64,000 nucleotides of DNA, taken from Clostridia bacterium (GTDB lineage: Bacteria > Bacillota > Clostridia > TANB77 > CAG-465). The position numbers and the translations under genes are program-made. The DNA lies in the NCBI GenBank assembly GCA_045536565.1, contig JAZSNU010000020.1, positions 81,262 through 145,261 on the forward strand. The letters run 5' to 3'. This document shows, piece by piece, positions 52,682 to 62,005 of this stretch. Numbering within the stretch: the first letter of the stretch is position 1; each line of letters opens with the position of its first letter. Under the pieces are notes generated by a model, which saw only the letters and a program-made list of their open reading frames with translations, searched no databases and was not told the origin of the DNA.

Positions 52682-52918
52682 TTAGTTATTCTCAAATTCT
52701 AACCATAGAGTACAAGCTCTACGAAGTTGCGATTTTATAAACATAGATTTTTCTGTGAATTCAATATTAGAATTAAGAGAGATAGTTGTTGAAGAATTTA
52801 TAGTATCGATCTTTAAAATTTTGCATATGCGCTTACATCTAGAAATAACATCTTTTGCACCACGCTTAGTTAGATTTTTTTCTTTCATAAGCCATTCTAA
52901 AAAAACATCGTAATTCAT
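52682..52918 (-). CDS. Small helical protein upstream of MTase
   Basis: SD GGAGG; 78 aa; F.EWL..EKNL..R.AKDV.SR resembles SAM-like DNA-binding helices. Confidence 0.65.
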   Translation of the reverse strand: MNYDVFLEWLMKEKNLTKRGAKDVISRCKRICKILKIDTINSSTTISLNSNIEFTEKSMFIKSQLRRACTLWLEFENN

Positions 52919-53304
52919 ATAAACCTCCAATATATCTGTAATTATTATAGTATCAAATTACGTCAATGTCAATATGAATTTATATATTATATGTTGTATA
53001 AAATTTCTTTTTGTTATATAATTTTATAAAATATATATTATGGAAGATGAAGTATTAAAAGATTATATTCATAAACAACTCCATTGCAAATGTATTGACA
53101 TTAAAACACGAGATAATATAATTTGTTATAAATGGAGGGAAATACGGCATTAAACAAAAAAAGATACTTTTTCTAACGATTTATATGTTGTTCTATACAT
53201 TTAATTTAGATAATTAGAATTATTAATAAATAGAAATTTAAATAATATTATTGAAATAATATTGCATATGTTATATTATTAATACATGAAAGAGAGTTGA
53301 GATT

Positions 53305-53949
53305 ATGAGTAATGAAAATTTACCAATAAAGAAAGTTAAAAAATCAAATATATTTAAAAGAGGATTGTCGGCATTTTTGGCATTTATTGGAATTTCTGGC
53401 GTTGGATATCAGCAAGCTAAAACGATGGATGCTTATAACGAAGATTACAACACAAATCCAGGGTATAATGAAAAAGCAACTGAAAATATAGATGCAAAAT
53501 ATGATGAAGCATTTAGAAAAATAGGAGTAGCAATAGATGATATATCAGAAGATAAATTAGTAGATATAGAGGACAAAGTAGTTGCAGAAGATAAACTAGT
53601 TGATATAGAGGACAAAGTAGTTGCAGAGGATAAACTAGTAGACATAGAAGATAAAATAGTTGCGGAGGATAAATTAGTAGATATAGAGGACAAAGTAGTT
53701 GCAGAAGATAAACTAGTAGATATAGAGGACAAAATAGTTGCAGAAGATAAATTAGTTGATATAGAGGACAAAATAGTTGCAGAGGATAAATTAGTAGACA
53801 TAGAAGATAAAAGTAGTCCTATGAGTGCTGAATTAAGAGGATTAGTAAATAATGATGACATATCACAATACATAGAAGACAAGTTAGAGGATAAGGGCAT
53901 AGAGGATAAAAACATCTCGGATAAAGATATAGAAGATAAGGAAATTTAG
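53305..53949 (+). CDS. EDK-repeat acidic protein of unknown function
   Basis: Basic leader + short hydrophobic stretch; 13-aa tandem repeats. Confidence 0.8.
   Translation: MSNENLPIKKVKKSNIFKRGLSAFLAFIGISGVGYQQAKTMDAYNEDYNTNPGYNEKATENIDAKYDEAFRKIGVAIDDISEDKLVDIEDKVVAEDKLVDIEDKVVAEDKLVDIEDKIVAEDKLVDIEDKVVAEDKLVDIEDKIVAEDKLVDIEDKIVAEDKLVDIEDKSSPMSAELRGLVNNDDISQYIEDKLEDKGIEDKNISDKDIEDKEI
53548..53811 (+). repeat. 39-bp coding tandem repeat, 6 full + 1 partial copy
   Basis: Unit EDKLVDIEDK(V/I)VA; copies differ mainly at synonymous sites. Confidence 0.95.
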
Positions 53950-53956
53950 AAATTAT

Positions 53957-54922
53957 ATGATATATGATATGAAGAATATAAATATAGATGAGTATACACA
54001 ATTTATAAATAAAAATGGTGTTTTGTTTCAAAGAATTGAATGGTTAAAATCAAATGGTGTAAAAAAATATTTTCCCATTATTGTAAAAGATGATAAAGAT
54101 ATATGTATTGCAGGAACATATATCTTTATTAAATATAATAATGAAAAGTATATGTATTTTCCAAGAGGACCTATATTCAGTAAAACTTGTACATTAACTA
54201 GTATTAAAGAATTTACAGAACATATAAGACAAGTAGCAACAGATAATAATTGTAAAAATATACTATTAGATTGCAAATATACTTTACTAGAATCAGATTT
54301 TGGCTATGAAATAGAAAAGAATATATTAAAATCGGGTTTTAACAAAAGTTCGTTTTCAAGATTCTGGCATTATAATTGGGGAATAAATATCGAGGGTATA
54401 AGCATACAAGAGTATTTGTTAGGATTGAAACAAAAAACAAGATATAATATAAATTACGCAAAAAAGAAGGGACTAAAAATAACTATTGATAATTCAGAAG
54501 GTAGCATAAAAAAATTTTATAAATTATTACAAATAACAGCAAAAAGAGATGGATTTAAAGTAAAAGAATACGAATCTTATTTGAATTTATTTAAATATTT
54601 TAGAGATGATATTAAATTATTTTGGGTATATAAAGAGAACACTTTATTATCAGCAGCAATATATATTATCGTAGGAAATCAAGCATATTATGTTTATGGT
54701 GCATCATCAAACAATTACAGAGAATATAAACCCACTTATTTAATGCAATATTCGATGATTGAATACTCAATTAAAAATAATTGTAAAATATATAATATGG
54801 GTGGTATAGGAATACTAACTTCAAATAATATTACTAAAATGAACCAAGGCTTGTATGAATTTAAAAGAAAATTTGGAGGCTTTATTCAAGATTCATCATA
54901 TACATATATTATTCATTTATAG
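53957..54922 (+). CDS. FemABX/MurM-family aminoacyl-tRNA-dependent transferase
   Basis: YFPRGP, KTRYNI, FYKLL..TAKRDGF, YVYGASS, YNMGG, GLYEFKRKFGG. Confidence 0.85.
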   Translation: MIYDMKNINIDEYTQFINKNGVLFQRIEWLKSNGVKKYFPIIVKDDKDICIAGTYIFIKYNNEKYMYFPRGPIFSKTCTLTSIKEFTEHIRQVATDNNCKNILLDCKYTLLESDFGYEIEKNILKSGFNKSSFSRFWHYNWGINIEGISIQEYLLGLKQKTRYNINYAKKKGLKITIDNSEGSIKKFYKLLQITAKRDGFKVKEYESYLNLFKYFRDDIKLFWVYKENTLLSAAIYIIVGNQAYYVYGASSNNYREYKPTYLMQYSMIEYSIKNNCKIYNMGGIGILTSNNITKMNQGLYEFKRKFGGFIQDSSYTYIIHL

Positions 54923-54993
54923 TAGTTATAATAATCGCATATAAACATATAAAAACCACCATAAAATATACAAATATTTTATGGTGAATTTAT

Positions 54994-55467
54994 TTAGATA
55001 ATATGATTACTTGTTTCCGACTCATCAATCTTGTTTACATGTACAGATATTAGTTTTAATTCTTCCAAAACCTCAATTTTTTGAAAATCAGTTAGTTTTT
55101 CAAAACGGAGTAATACATCTTTTACTGGATTAGCCCTAGCGTCTGGTAAAGTAGGTAGTTTAAAAAATTTTTGTAATTTTTTAAAGTCTGAATCTTTATG
55201 ATCTAATCCATCCCATGATTCGTAGATACTATCTAAAAATGTATAAAAAGCTATGTTTTCGTTTCTTACTAGTTGCATAAATTCGTTGTAGCCAACATTT
55301 AATTTACGAGCTGTTATAGAGATTTGATTAGATATAAACACTTCAACATCTTTTTTACATGCAAATTTTTTATTAAATTTGCCTATGGTGGTCATTGGTA
55401 ATTGTTCTTCCCAGATATATGGTGATAAGTAATCCCATTTTAACTTTCTTATTTCATCTATAGTCAT
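54994..55467 (-). CDS. Hypothetical protein
   Basis: 157-aa ORF, SD GAGGAGG. Confidence 0.75.
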   Translation of the reverse strand: MTIDEIRKLKWDYLSPYIWEEQLPMTTIGKFNKKFACKKDVEVFISNQISITARKLNVGYNEFMQLVRNENIAFYTFLDSIYESWDGLDHKDSDFKKLQKFFKLPTLPDARANPVKDVLLRFEKLTDFQKIEVLEELKLISVHVNKIDESETSNHII

Positions 55468-55611
55468 ATTCTTTCCTCCTCAATAATTATATTCTAGTTA
55501 GTTATTTAAAATTTAGATGTATTATATCACAATATATAACAGTTTTCAAGATTAACATAATAAAAGTTGCTATATATAAAGATAGCAACTTAAAAGACAT
55601 AAAAAGATTTG

Positions 55612-55965
55612 TTAGCTTACAGTAATGTTAACATTGTTATTTGTAGCATTGTTTACGGTTGTAGTATCATCATCTGGAACAAGTGTTAGAGTTACGGTAT
55701 AAGTGTAGTTATCACCTATTGTAAATGTGCATGATACAGGACATGAATTGTATGTTAACAGTTTACAACATGTCGAACCACAAATGCCTGCTATTGAAAT
55801 TATAGCAAATTCTTCAAATACTTGTGCAAAAGTAATAATACCACCAAAAGTTAGATTCCTAATATCACCAGTTGAAATGCCAGAAAAAGTAGAAGTTGTA
55901 GTATAGGTATCACTTCTGAATCTAACTGTTTCAACAATACTAAACGTAGCTGTTGTTGGATTCAC
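55612..55965 (-). CDS. Thr/Cys-rich protein, possible spore coat/exosporium component
   Basis: GTG start after GAAAGGA; Cys cluster; sigma-K-like promoter. Confidence 0.55.
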   Translation of the reverse strand: MNPTTATFSIVETVRFRSDTYTTTSTFSGISTGDIRNLTFGGIITFAQVFEEFAIISIAGICGSTCCKLLTYNSCPVSCTFTIGDNYTYTVTLTLVPDDDTTTVNNATNNNVNITVS

Positions 55966-56017
55966 ATTAATCATCCTTTCATAATATAATTTAAATATAC
56001 AACTATGGTATATAATA

Positions 56018-56045
56018 TAATATATGAGAAAAATGTTTAAATGTG
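56018..56045 (-). promoter_or_regulatory. Sigma-K-like promoter
   Basis: AC-16-CATATATTA matches AC-N16-CATAnnnTA. Confidence 0.55.
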
Positions 56046-56121
56046 AAATATATAAAGCAAGTAGCATTAGTGAATTTAATACTACTTGCTTCTAATATTA
56101 TTATTTGCAAATTAATACAAA

Positions 56122-57357
56122 TTATTCAACAATTAATTTAATAAATACTTTTTTACCTTTTTTAAGAACCACATATCCTTTTTCAAATTCAGATATATTT
56201 ATTAAATGTTTATCATCAGTAATTTTATTATCATCTATTGAAATACCACCTTGATTTACTAATATTCTAGATTGTCCTTTTGAGGGTGCAACATTTGCAG
56301 CCACAATAGCATCTAGTATATTTAATGAGTTATTTATAAATAAATCTTTTGATATTGATATCTCAGGCATATTATCGCTATTTGATGCATTCTCAAATAA
56401 ATCTTCAGAAGTTTTTTTGGCTTTTAAAGCTTCTTCTTCGCCATGTATTAATTTAGTTATTTCAAATGCAGCAACTTTTTTAGCCTCATTTATCTTTTCG
56501 CCTTCTAAACTAGAAAGTCTATTAACTTCCTCCATATCTAAGTGAGTAAGCATGCGAAGAACTTGATTTACATCACCATCTCCTATATTTCTCCAATATT
56601 GATAGAACTCATATGGAGAAGTTTTTTCAGGATCTAGCCATAAAGCGCCTTTTTCAGTTTTTCCCATTTTTTTGCCATCTGAATTAAGAAGAAGAGGACA
56701 AGTTAAACAAAAACTACCACTTCTATGCAATTTGCGGATTAAGTCAACACCAGCAAGCATATTTGACCATTGATCATCTCCACCAATTTGTAATTTACAA
56801 TTATAGTTTTCAAATAAACGCAAGAAATCATAACTTTGCATAAGCATATAGTTCATTTCAAAGAATGTTAATCCACCTTTTTCCATACGCATCTTAAAAC
56901 ATTCTGCATCTAGCATTCTATTAACATTGAAGTGAACTCCATATGTACGGATAAAATCCATGTAATTAAGGTTTAAAATCCAATCAGCATTGTTTACTAT
57001 AATAGCACCGTTTTCACCTTCAAATGAAACAAATTTACTTACTTGTTCCTTAATTTTTTCTATATTATGTGCTATATCTTCTTTTGTTAGCATCTTACGC
57101 ATATCAGTTTTACCAGATGGATCTCCTATCATAGCAGTTCCGCCACCCATTAAAAGGATTGGTCTATGTCCATGTTTCTGGAAGTAAGACATAAGCATAA
57201 GTGGTATAAAATGTCCTATATGTATGCTATCTGCTGTTGGGTCAATTCCAAGATATACAGATATTTTTTCATTTTTAACTAATTCTATAAATTCATCTTC
57301 AAATGGTAATTGTTTTATTAAATCACGAGATTTTAATTCTTCATATACATTATTCAT
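56122..57357 (-). CDS. tyrS: Tyrosine-tRNA ligase
   Basis: GIDPTADSIHIGH, QIGGDDQW, KMGKT, C-terminal S4. Confidence 0.97.
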   Translation of the reverse strand: MNNVYEELKSRDLIKQLPFEDEFIELVKNEKISVYLGIDPTADSIHIGHFIPLMLMSYFQKHGHRPILLMGGGTAMIGDPSGKTDMRKMLTKEDIAHNIEKIKEQVSKFVSFEGENGAIIVNNADWILNLNYMDFIRTYGVHFNVNRMLDAECFKMRMEKGGLTFFEMNYMLMQSYDFLRLFENYNCKLQIGGDDQWSNMLAGVDLIRKLHRSGSFCLTCPLLLNSDGKKMGKTEKGALWLDPEKTSPYEFYQYWRNIGDGDVNQVLRMLTHLDMEEVNRLSSLEGEKINEAKKVAAFEITKLIHGEEEALKAKKTSEDLFENASNSDNMPEISISKDLFINNSLNILDAIVAANVAPSKGQSRILVNQGGISIDDNKITDDKHLINISEFEKGYVVLKKGKKVFIKLIVE

Positions 57358-57489
57358 AATTTCACATCCTTAATTTTTATGTATAAATACTTATAATAGT
57401 ATAACATATTAAGTTTTAAAAATAAAGGGGAGAAAATACATAATAGGGAAAAAATATAACCCCGATAAATTGCCGGGGTTATATGATAG

Positions 57490-58752
57490 TTATGATGTGA
57501 TTGACTCTAAAACTCTACATACCGAAGAAATATGATATTTCATATTTACTATTTGATCAGAATATTCAGGAAAATATGCTTTTGCATATGTGCAAAGCGG
57601 ATAAATATAATTGGTATTTTCCTTGATATATTCTTTTCTTTCTTCTTCTGTAAGAATGCTAAGTCTTGTGCAAGTATTGGCTCTGTTTGATAGCTTAACA
57701 AGAAGTGCTCGTGGGTCTGTTTTGATTCCTTCATAATAGTCTTGGGTACTTACATTGTCGGCTTTGGAAACTAACTTTATAATTTCAACCACTTCTTTAT
57801 CAAGACCATATTTGTCCACGAGTTCAGAACCTTCTCTGTCAATGTTACAATGCTTAAACACTTCATGGAGCAGCGCAGCCGCGCATGTTATATCATCGTT
57901 TATTTTGAGTGATATTAGGTTAGAAGCAACTCTTAACGGATGAATAATAAATGGGTCACCACATCTTCTAAGCTGACCTTCATGAAGTCTTTCTGATAAT
58001 GCCAAAGCTTTTAAAGTATTGGGCATATTCTTACCTTTTGCAAATCCCCTAATAAATAGAAGAGTCTTTCTATATTTTGTAGGACTTGTGGGTATTGTGC
58101 ATATGTCATATAGACTTTCAATTGTTTCGCAGATTGATACCATTTGATATTTTATAATGGTAATAGCATTAGAAAGTTCCGGATAATATGCTTTTCCATA
58201 TTTGCAAAGCGGGAAGAGTTGGTCTTTTGTTTCATTTACATAGGAAATCATTTTCTCTTTGGTAAATGCATCAATTGTTGACAAATTGTTGGCTCTGTCA
58301 GAAAGTTTAATAATCAAAGCCTCTTTACATCCTTTTATTCTGTTATAGTATTCTTCTAAATTTGGATCTTTCTTTTTGTAATCCTTATCTTTAGTAAGAA
58401 GTAAAACAATATCTATAACTTTTTTGTTTAAATCGTATTTTTTCCCTAATTCTCTATATGGCTCCTTTATTTCGCAATCCTCAACAACATCGTGAAGTAT
58501 AGCAGCGGCTATGGTATAATCATCATCTATGCCTAAATTTACAAGATATGAGGCAACTTCTAATGGATGAATTATATACGGTGCTCCACCCTTACGCTTC
58601 TGTTTTTCGTGTAACTGAGTAGCAACACTTAAAGCTACCAATGTATTTAACATTTCTTTTGCGATTGCATATCCTTTTAGAAAAAGGTATGTTTCTTCGT
58701 AGTTAGCCAGATGAATGTTGCTAGGTTGTAATAATACTGATGTGTTTTTCAT
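57490..58752 (-). CDS. Tandem RelA/SpoT-type HD (HD_4) domain protein
   Basis: Domain 1 PYIIHP, LHDVVED, KLSDRANN; domain 2 PFIIHP, LHEVFKH, KLSNRANT. Confidence 0.85.
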   Translation of the reverse strand: MKNTSVLLQPSNIHLANYEETYLFLKGYAIAKEMLNTLVALSVATQLHEKQKRKGGAPYIIHPLEVASYLVNLGIDDDYTIAAAILHDVVEDCEIKEPYRELGKKYDLNKKVIDIVLLLTKDKDYKKKDPNLEEYYNRIKGCKEALIIKLSDRANNLSTIDAFTKEKMISYVNETKDQLFPLCKYGKAYYPELSNAITIIKYQMVSICETIESLYDICTIPTSPTKYRKTLLFIRGFAKGKNMPNTLKALALSERLHEGQLRRCGDPFIIHPLRVASNLISLKINDDITCAAALLHEVFKHCNIDREGSELVDKYGLDKEVVEIIKLVSKADNVSTQDYYEGIKTDPRALLVKLSNRANTCTRLSILTEEERKEYIKENTNYIYPLCTYAKAYFPEYSDQIVNMKYHISSVCRVLESITS

Positions 58753-58967
58753 AGAAATACCTCCTAATTTGTTAATTAACATATTATAATACTACTTTGC
58801 TTACATATAATATTATATATCTTGATTAATAGATTGTCAATTTTACATAACTTTAAAATAGGAAAAAATATATTAAATATTTTAAAAAGTCTTTCAATTT
58901 ATATTGTATTTTTATTGCAAATTGAGCAATAAAATGGTAATATTAATGGAAAGATATGGAGGTTATT

Positions 58968-59462
58968 ATGGCAAAAGTTTTTACGCCAACCTATATATAT
59001 GAAAGAGTAGATAAAATTCCTTTTGAAATATTAGAAAAACATAATATAAAAGGGATAATGTTTGACCTAGATAATACTCTTACAGATTATAGCGGAATAA
59101 TGAGTGAAGAAAAAATAGAGTGGATTAAAGAGGCTAAAAGAAGAGGAATTAATGTATGTATATTAAGTAATAGTCATAGACAAAAAAAGATTAAAGGATT
59201 AATGAAAGAATTAGATATTAATGGACTTAATCTTGCTATGAAACCTATGCTAAAAGGATACAAATATGCATTAAACTTACTTGATGTTCCAAAAGAAAAT
59301 GCTTGTATGATAGGAGACCAAATATTTACGGATATATGGGGAGCAAATAGATTTGGAATAATGTCTATACTTGTTAGACCTTTTGATGCAAACGAAGAAT
59401 TTTGGGTAAAATTAAAAAGACCTATTGAAAATTTATTGATTAATAAAGAGGAGAAAAAATGA
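58968..59462 (+). CDS. yqeG: YqeG-family HAD IIIA phosphatase
   Basis: DLDNTL, SN, KP, IGDQIFTDIWGANR. Confidence 0.9.
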   Translation: MAKVFTPTYIYERVDKIPFEILEKHNIKGIMFDLDNTLTDYSGIMSEEKIEWIKEAKRRGINVCILSNSHRQKKIKGLMKELDINGLNLAMKPMLKGYKYALNLLDVPKENACMIGDQIFTDIWGANRFGIMSILVRPFDANEEFWVKLKRPIENLLINKEEKK

Positions 59463-60199
59463 TATATATACCATATATAGTAGCAAGTATACTTGCTATA
59501 CTTCTTGGACAAGTTACAAAACATCTATGCAAAAAAATGCCTGTATGGGTTGCAGAGGAAATAACATTTAAGGAATATTTAGTATCATTAAAGAAAGATT
59601 TTAAAATTGATATTAAATACACATTAATATATATAATAATATTTAATTTACTTGTATATATAAATGGGTTTTCATATCTAACAATATTATATTTGTTTTG
59701 TATATTTAGTTTAATGTTAGTATTTTCAGTTGATTATAGATATGAGCTAATACCTGATGAATGTCATATCATAATAGCAATATTAGGAATTATTAATTTA
59801 TGTTTTAATTTATCAAATTGGTATAGCTTTTTACTTGGAGCAATAATAGGAGGGGGTTCTTTTTATCTATTAGGAGTACTTGCGTTATGGATATATAAAA
59901 AAGAAGGAATGGGATTTGGAGATGTAAAACTAATGGCAGCACTAGGTTTACTATTTGGTATGAAAAACATATTAGTGATAACTATACTTTCATTTGCAAT
60001 AGGTGCTGTAATTAGTATATTACTTATGTTATTTAAGATTAAAAAGATGGATAGTTACATTCCATTTGGTCCTTTTATAGTAATATCTGCAATACTTCTT
60101 ATGTTTTTTGAGCCAGACCTTTTCATAAATGCATATTATTCAGTATGTATGGCACTTGGTACAGTAATTACCGATTTATTATATAAAGTAATAAATTAA
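59459..60199 (+). CDS. A24 prepilin peptidase without methylase domain
   Basis: Catalytic Asp motifs VD...LIPD and GMGFGDVKL, IPFGPFI; no CxxC domain. Confidence 0.88.
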   Translation: MIYIPYIVASILAILLGQVTKHLCKKMPVWVAEEITFKEYLVSLKKDFKIDIKYTLIYIIIFNLLVYINGFSYLTILYLFCIFSLMLVFSVDYRYELIPDECHIIIAILGIINLCFNLSNWYSFLLGAIIGGGSFYLLGVLALWIYKKEGMGFGDVKLMAALGLLFGMKNILVITILSFAIGAVISILLMLFKIKKMDSYIPFGPFIVISAILLMFFEPDLFINAYYSVCMALGTVITDLLYKVIN

Positions 60200-60214
60200 G
60201 GAGCGTGTTTAAAT

Positions 60215-60463
60215 ATGTTAGGAATATTTATAATGTTGTTTAATTTTATGATTTTTGGTTTTGTTGGTTTTGTAGTAGTAAGAAACATACTTAATTTATC
60301 AAGAACAACTAGTGAATTTAATAATATATATAATTATGCAAGTAGAAAAATATATGATAGTACTAAACAAGAAGATGCTCAAAGAAGTCAAGATATTGAA
60401 AGTGTAACATTTGACTCTTCATTTGTACTAGATAATAATCCAATAAAAGAAAAAAGAAGATAA
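60215..60463 (+). CDS. Small hypothetical membrane protein
   Basis: SD AAGGAG, N-terminal TM. Confidence 0.65.
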   Translation: MLGIFIMLFNFMIFGFVGFVVVRNILNLSRTTSEFNNIYNYASRKIYDSTKQEDAQRSQDIESVTFDSSFVLDNNPIKEKRR

Positions 60464-60477
60464 AAGGAGAAAGTATA

Positions 60478-61326
60478 ATGATAAAGTTTGGACCTGCTGG
60501 AAATGATGATGAATTCTATAATATGGGGTATAAAAATTCAGAGCAGATGCCTGAATTTTTAAGTAAAAAAGGGTTAAATGCATATGAATATCAATGTTCA
60601 AGAGGAGTGAGAGTATCAGATGATAAAGCAGCTAAAATGAAAGAGCAAGCTGAAAAATATGATATATCACTTAGTATTCACAGTCCCTATTATATTTCTC
60701 TTTCTACTCAGGAAGAAGAAAAGAAAAAATCAACAATCAAATATATAATAGATACAATGATAGCGGCTAAAAAGATGGGGGCAACAAGAGTAGTGGTACA
60801 TGCCGGAGCGCTTTTAGGATTAGACAGAGAATTTGCAGTAGACAGTAGTTGTAAACTACTAAAAAGAGCAAAAGAGGAAGCAGACAAATTAGGACTTCAA
60901 GATATACATATTTGTCCTGAAACTATGGGAAAAATAAATCAACTAGGAGATAGCAAAGAGATAATAAAGATGTGTAAGGTTGATGATTCTTTTATACCCA
61001 CAATTGATTTTGGACATCTATATTGCAGAAGCCTGGGAACAATTGTAACTGGTGAGGACTGGGAAAAGGAACTACAAATGTATATAGATGAATTAGGATA
61101 TGAAAGAATGAAACATTTTCATAGTCATTTTAGTAAAATGGAATATACAGATAATGGTGGAGAAAAAAGGCATGTTACATTTGATAATGAAGAATGTGGA
61201 CCAGACTTTAATGTAATAGCACGAGTATTAAAAAAATTAAAATTAGAACCAATAATTATTTGTGAATCTGCTGGAACTCAATCAAGAGATAGTGCTATAA
61301 TGAAAAATATATATGAAGATTTATAA
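60478..61326 (+). CDS. Endonuclease IV-like TIM-barrel protein
   Basis: FGPAG, HSPYYI, PETMGK..QLG, DFGH, HSHFS, ICES. Confidence 0.85.
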   Translation: MIKFGPAGNDDEFYNMGYKNSEQMPEFLSKKGLNAYEYQCSRGVRVSDDKAAKMKEQAEKYDISLSIHSPYYISLSTQEEEKKKSTIKYIIDTMIAAKKMGATRVVVHAGALLGLDREFAVDSSCKLLKRAKEEADKLGLQDIHICPETMGKINQLGDSKEIIKMCKVDDSFIPTIDFGHLYCRSLGTIVTGEDWEKELQMYIDELGYERMKHFHSHFSKMEYTDNGGEKRHVTFDNEECGPDFNVIARVLKKLKLEPIIICESAGTQSRDSAIMKNIYEDL

Positions 61327-61340
61327 ATGAAAAATTAATA

Positions 61341-61380
61341 AAATAATAAAATCGCCTATTAATTGGCGATTTTATTATTT
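61341..61380. terminator. Bidirectional intrinsic terminator
   Basis: AAATAATAAAATCGCC...GGCGATTTTATTATTT. Confidence 0.8.
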
Positions 61381-61396
61381 GTAGAGATAACATTAA

Positions 61397-61645
61397 TTAT
61401 CCATTAGAAACAGATTGTCTAACTTGTTCTAAGTCGGCTTCACCTGCTGGTGCTGCTGGTATGTAATATTGTTTTGATTTTGCAAATTCATATACATTCC
61501 ATTGTATGTTTTCAAAAACATTTCTAAATTGAACACAAGTATCTCTAAAATTTTTGTTATTTGCTTGTTCAATAGAATAATTTAATTTATTAATAATTGA
61601 ATTTACACTTGATAAAACATCATTTACAGAACATTTTTCATTCAT
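61397..61645 (-). CDS. Coat F-like spore protein
   Basis: D.L......Y.I..A.N..R......Q..VYE....K.YY.P pattern. Confidence 0.65.
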   Translation of the reverse strand: MNEKCSVNDVLSSVNSIINKLNYSIEQANNKNFRDTCVQFRNVFENIQWNVYEFAKSKQYYIPAAPAGEADLEQVRQSVSNG

Positions 61646-61657
61646 ATTTTTTACCTC

Positions 61658-61840
61658 CTATAACATATTTGTTAACTCTTGTTTAAGAGTAGTAGATTGA
61701 TTACATATTTGATCATATAAATTTGTAATCTCAGTATCATTTGTTAAAGTTTTGTAATAGTCTATTTTGCAACATACATTTGATAAACATCCTATTACAT
61801 GTCTAATGTTTTGAATTTCAATTTGATTTAATGAATCCAT
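61658..61840 (-). CDS. Small spore-associated protein (Coat F partner)
   Basis: LNQIEIQNIR...K..YY...D; SD AAGGAGG; ACATA-17-CATAATA sporulation-type promoter at 61866-61894. Confidence 0.6.
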   Translation of the reverse strand: MDSLNQIEIQNIRHVIGCLSNVCCKIDYYKTLTNDTEITNLYDQICNQSTTLKQELTNML

Positions 61841-62005
61841 AATAAACCTCCTTTACTTACAACAATATTATGGACTGTATACTTAAAAATATGTAAAGGC
61901 ACATGTTGTAAAAAATTCTAAAATTCCAAAAAATATATTAGGAAATTTTTCCAAAAATAGAAAAACACCAATTAACAATAATTAATTGGTGAAATTTCTT
62001 TACCT

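Noticed and set aside
53040-53153. 37-codon ORF between the R-M islet and the EDK gene
   Set aside because: No SD and no recognisable motif; at most a remnant
53548-53811. Possible CRISPR array
   Set aside because: Contiguous in-frame repeats without unique spacers; no cas genes
57358-57489. T-box leader for tyrS (likewise for metG)
   Set aside because: Intergenic space too short and no T-box consensus seen
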